DNA of 64,000 nt from Mytilus californianus (lineage: Eukaryota). The notes under the pieces were generated by a model. It did no database searches. It saw only the letters and a program-made list of their open reading frames with translations, and was not told the DNA's origin. Position numbers and translations under genes: made by a program. Positions 61,270 through 64,000 of this stretch are shown here, piece by piece. Each line of letters begins with the position of its first letter. Positions within the stretch are counted from its first letter, which is position 1. The stretch covers positions 125,240,001 through 125,304,000 of the forward strand of contig NW_026262581.1 of the NCBI RefSeq assembly GCF_021869535.1, written 5' to 3'.

Positions 61270-61934
61270 AAAAAATTCGTAAGGGTTCAGCGGAACCCAG
61301 TGTCTCGCCTACTTTTGCTGTTAATCACAGGCTCAACAAAAATGAGGAAAAAAATTAATAAAAATATTCCTCTCTATACTATCTTTTGATTGTAAGTAGC
61401 TTCTGTCCAAGTTTGGTTTAAAATCCAGGATAGTTTATGAATCTAATAAATGTTTTAAAAACTGAAACTGCAGACTGTATGTAATGTTAACTGGAAGAAA
61501 AACTAAGTCCATTTATAAGTAAAATATGGAAAAAATGGAATTTTTTTTTTACAAAATTTACTTCTGGATACTATCTTATGATCATAAACAAGCTTCTGTC
61601 CAAGTTTGGTAGAAATCCAGGATAGTTTAAGAAAGTTATTAAAATTTCAAAAACTTTAACCACAGAGTGAATGTAATGTTTCCTGGCAGAAAAACTAAGT
61701 CCATTTATAAGTAAAATACGGAAAAAATTGAATTTTTTTTTTACAAAATTTACATTTGAATATTATCTTATGATCATAAACAAGCTTCTGTCCAAGTTTG
61801 GTAGACATCCAGGATAGTTTAAGAAAGTTATTAAAATTTCAAAAACTTTAACCACAGAGTGAACGACGACGCCGACGGAATGTAGGATCGCTATGTCTCG
61901 CTTTTTCGACAAAAGTTGAAGGCTCGACAAAAAA
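61270..61934 (-). mobile_element. HINE-like element (gtcgagcct/aggcgagac family), copy 2
   Basis: Highly similar to 35288-36109 but with fewer internal units. Confidence 0.8.
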
Positions 61935-64000
61935 CTACAGTTGACCATTATTTATATGATTGATTAATTGTAAGTGTTTAACACTACTTTCAGCACTATT
62001 GGCTATATTATGTTGGTAGGAAAACTGGTAAACCTAGTCAATTAACATAAACACACATGCCACAAAATCAGACACAAGTTAAATTAAATTCTTATCATTA
62101 ATATCAAGATATTTCAGTTGATTTACATTTATACTCGAAAAAACAGAAATGTTTATTGTCTATTTGTACTAAAAACAACTAAAATATTTCCAAAGAAAAA
62201 ATCCTCCCTATTTTCTCCACACTTTAAGATGTTCAGTTCAAGAAATATCTATTTATTTTGGATATTTAACTATTTGTATATATGCCTGTGAAATTTTATA
62301 AAATGAATTTTGGCAGGTGTGTGCTAAAAGCTTTTAAATGAAATCATTTGAAAAATGGTTAATAAGAAGGTTCCCAACTGTTAACCAGGGTAACACTATG
62401 TACACCTCTCTGAGATTAAATTATCATCTGAGTAAAGCATCAAACTGTTGACAGCATGGACCAATACTTTACCAAGCAGAAAATATCGTGCTTGATCAAT
62501 CAATCTTTAGGGTAATTTCTAGGGGCTGATTTAGAAAAAAACTCACAAATTCACAATTAATTAAGGGTCCTTGGTGGGCAGCATGACATTCACATACACA
62601 AAACATTACACTATGATTTTGTAATGAAAAAAAGAATGTTTCATTGATAACAATACAATGGTAGATAACTCCTATTTACTTCATGTCATGTATTGATGCA
62701 TTCAGTGAATATCAAGTTCAGAGTTGACATACATATGTAGTCAAAAGATATTTCAAAACAGAGGCCTTGTTGAAGGGTTTTCTTGATGTTTTACATAATG
62801 TCAATTTGAACACCCTACTATGTCAGCTTTCTAGGAAAATTGGTAGAAACATTGTTTCATTGGGTTCAGCATTCCCTTTTAATCATCCAATTTATAACCA
62901 ACTGATGGCCATATCGTTTGTATTATCTATCACCTATGATTTTGTCTTTTCACTTGGTTTTAATTAAGTTAGGTGCATATAAGAACTAATAAATCAACCA
63001 ATTATAACAAAATAACACATATTTGATATTAGCAGCCAAGGTTCATCTAATGGGCAGCATCCGCTGAGTTAAATCTGATTTTCCTACCCAGTTTCAGGGA
63101 TTCCAATGTTTTTACATATGGTACATGAATAAGGAACCAGCTTGTAATTCTTATTACAATTATTATTAAAGTTTTCTTGCCAAACGCTGAGAGAAAAATA
63201 ACTCTTATTTTAGAGTTTAGGATTAATTCTATAGCTGACCTTCAAGCGAAAAATATCCAATGAAAAAAAGAGATGGGTCTATACAAAAAGATCTGTACTA
63301 AAGGCCTTTATACTATAATAGGGATATTTGAAAGTTCTATTCAGATAGTTTATCGTGAATTGTAAAAGTAAATAACATATCTATCTACTCAAATTTGTTC
63401 TGAATATGTATGTTACAATACAAAACTCTTCATAAATGAACATCACTCAAAAGGAATAAGTAAAACTATAAATTAAAACTTTTCACAAATATTCAACAAC
63501 AAATTCATGATCAGAATTTCAAATAGATATCTGAATAAGAAAAAGATATAGCATTTGCAATTATGGCACAATGAATAACACCTTAAAATGCAAATATATT
63601 ACTTTCTTTTCAATCTGATTTTAATTTAAAAGTGAAAAGATTTTCAGAACAGGGTATATAAACATAGGATAGGTGATTTTTCTGTCTCATTAAGTTTATT
63701 ATGCTAATATTCTGATAAACCGGGTAGATTTTTATTTCATTTTATAGCTTCTTTGAAGTAAAGAAAAGAAATATTCTACACAAACAACCTATCCATATTT
63801 CACTTTCTACATGGACTATAAAATACTTCAAAAAGAAAATTTTATGACAAACGACCCTATGATACTTAAAGTTCATATGTCTTTTCAAATTTCCTTCATT
63901 AAAGCATTCTTTTGGTTGGGATTTTTACTTTGCAATTAAATGCATATAAATTTAACAATTTTGTAGAAGAGTGTCATAGTATTCTCATTTATTCCTTTTT

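Noticed and set aside
60700-64000. Search for the signal-peptide/first exon of the long RTK isoform
   Set aside because: I found no ATG-initiated hydrophobic ORF with a phase-1 donor; it probably lies beyond the window.

Overview
Very AT-rich eukaryotic (animal) genomic DNA, most likely a bivalve mollusc (Mytilus-like; inferred from repeat content only). I reconstructed three intron-containing genes by hand from GT-AG boundaries and reading frame. (1) TMEM14-family gene, minus strand, 4 coding exons, 10677-14783. (2) PSMG3/PAC3 proteasome assembly chaperone, plus strand, 4 coding exons, 14852-24457, head-to-head with TMEM14 and only 68 bp between the start codons. (3) MuSK/Nrk-family receptor tyrosine kinase (Ig-Ig-Frizzled CRD-Kringle-TM-kinase), minus strand, 39681-60686; its 5'-most exon(s) were not found and probably lie beyond the window. 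The best finding is in the RTK. A 13-nt microexon (53881-53893) is needed to keep the frame between Ig2 and the CRD, and its own polypyrimidine tract is also an in-frame ATG-initiated signal peptide (MLSVYIILILFIVSSAG, ATG at 53942). One locus could therefore make a long MuSK-like receptor and a short Ig-less, Nrk-like receptor. The rest is a dense set of non-autonomous mobile DNA: many Helentron/DINE-like (HINE) elements with internal satellite arrays, one with its 3' terminus amplified 4x; TIR MITEs with 2-, 5- and 7-bp TSDs, including 31-60-bp hairpin micro-elements; SINE fragments; and decayed LINE fragments. I found no rRNA, tRNA or CRISPR.
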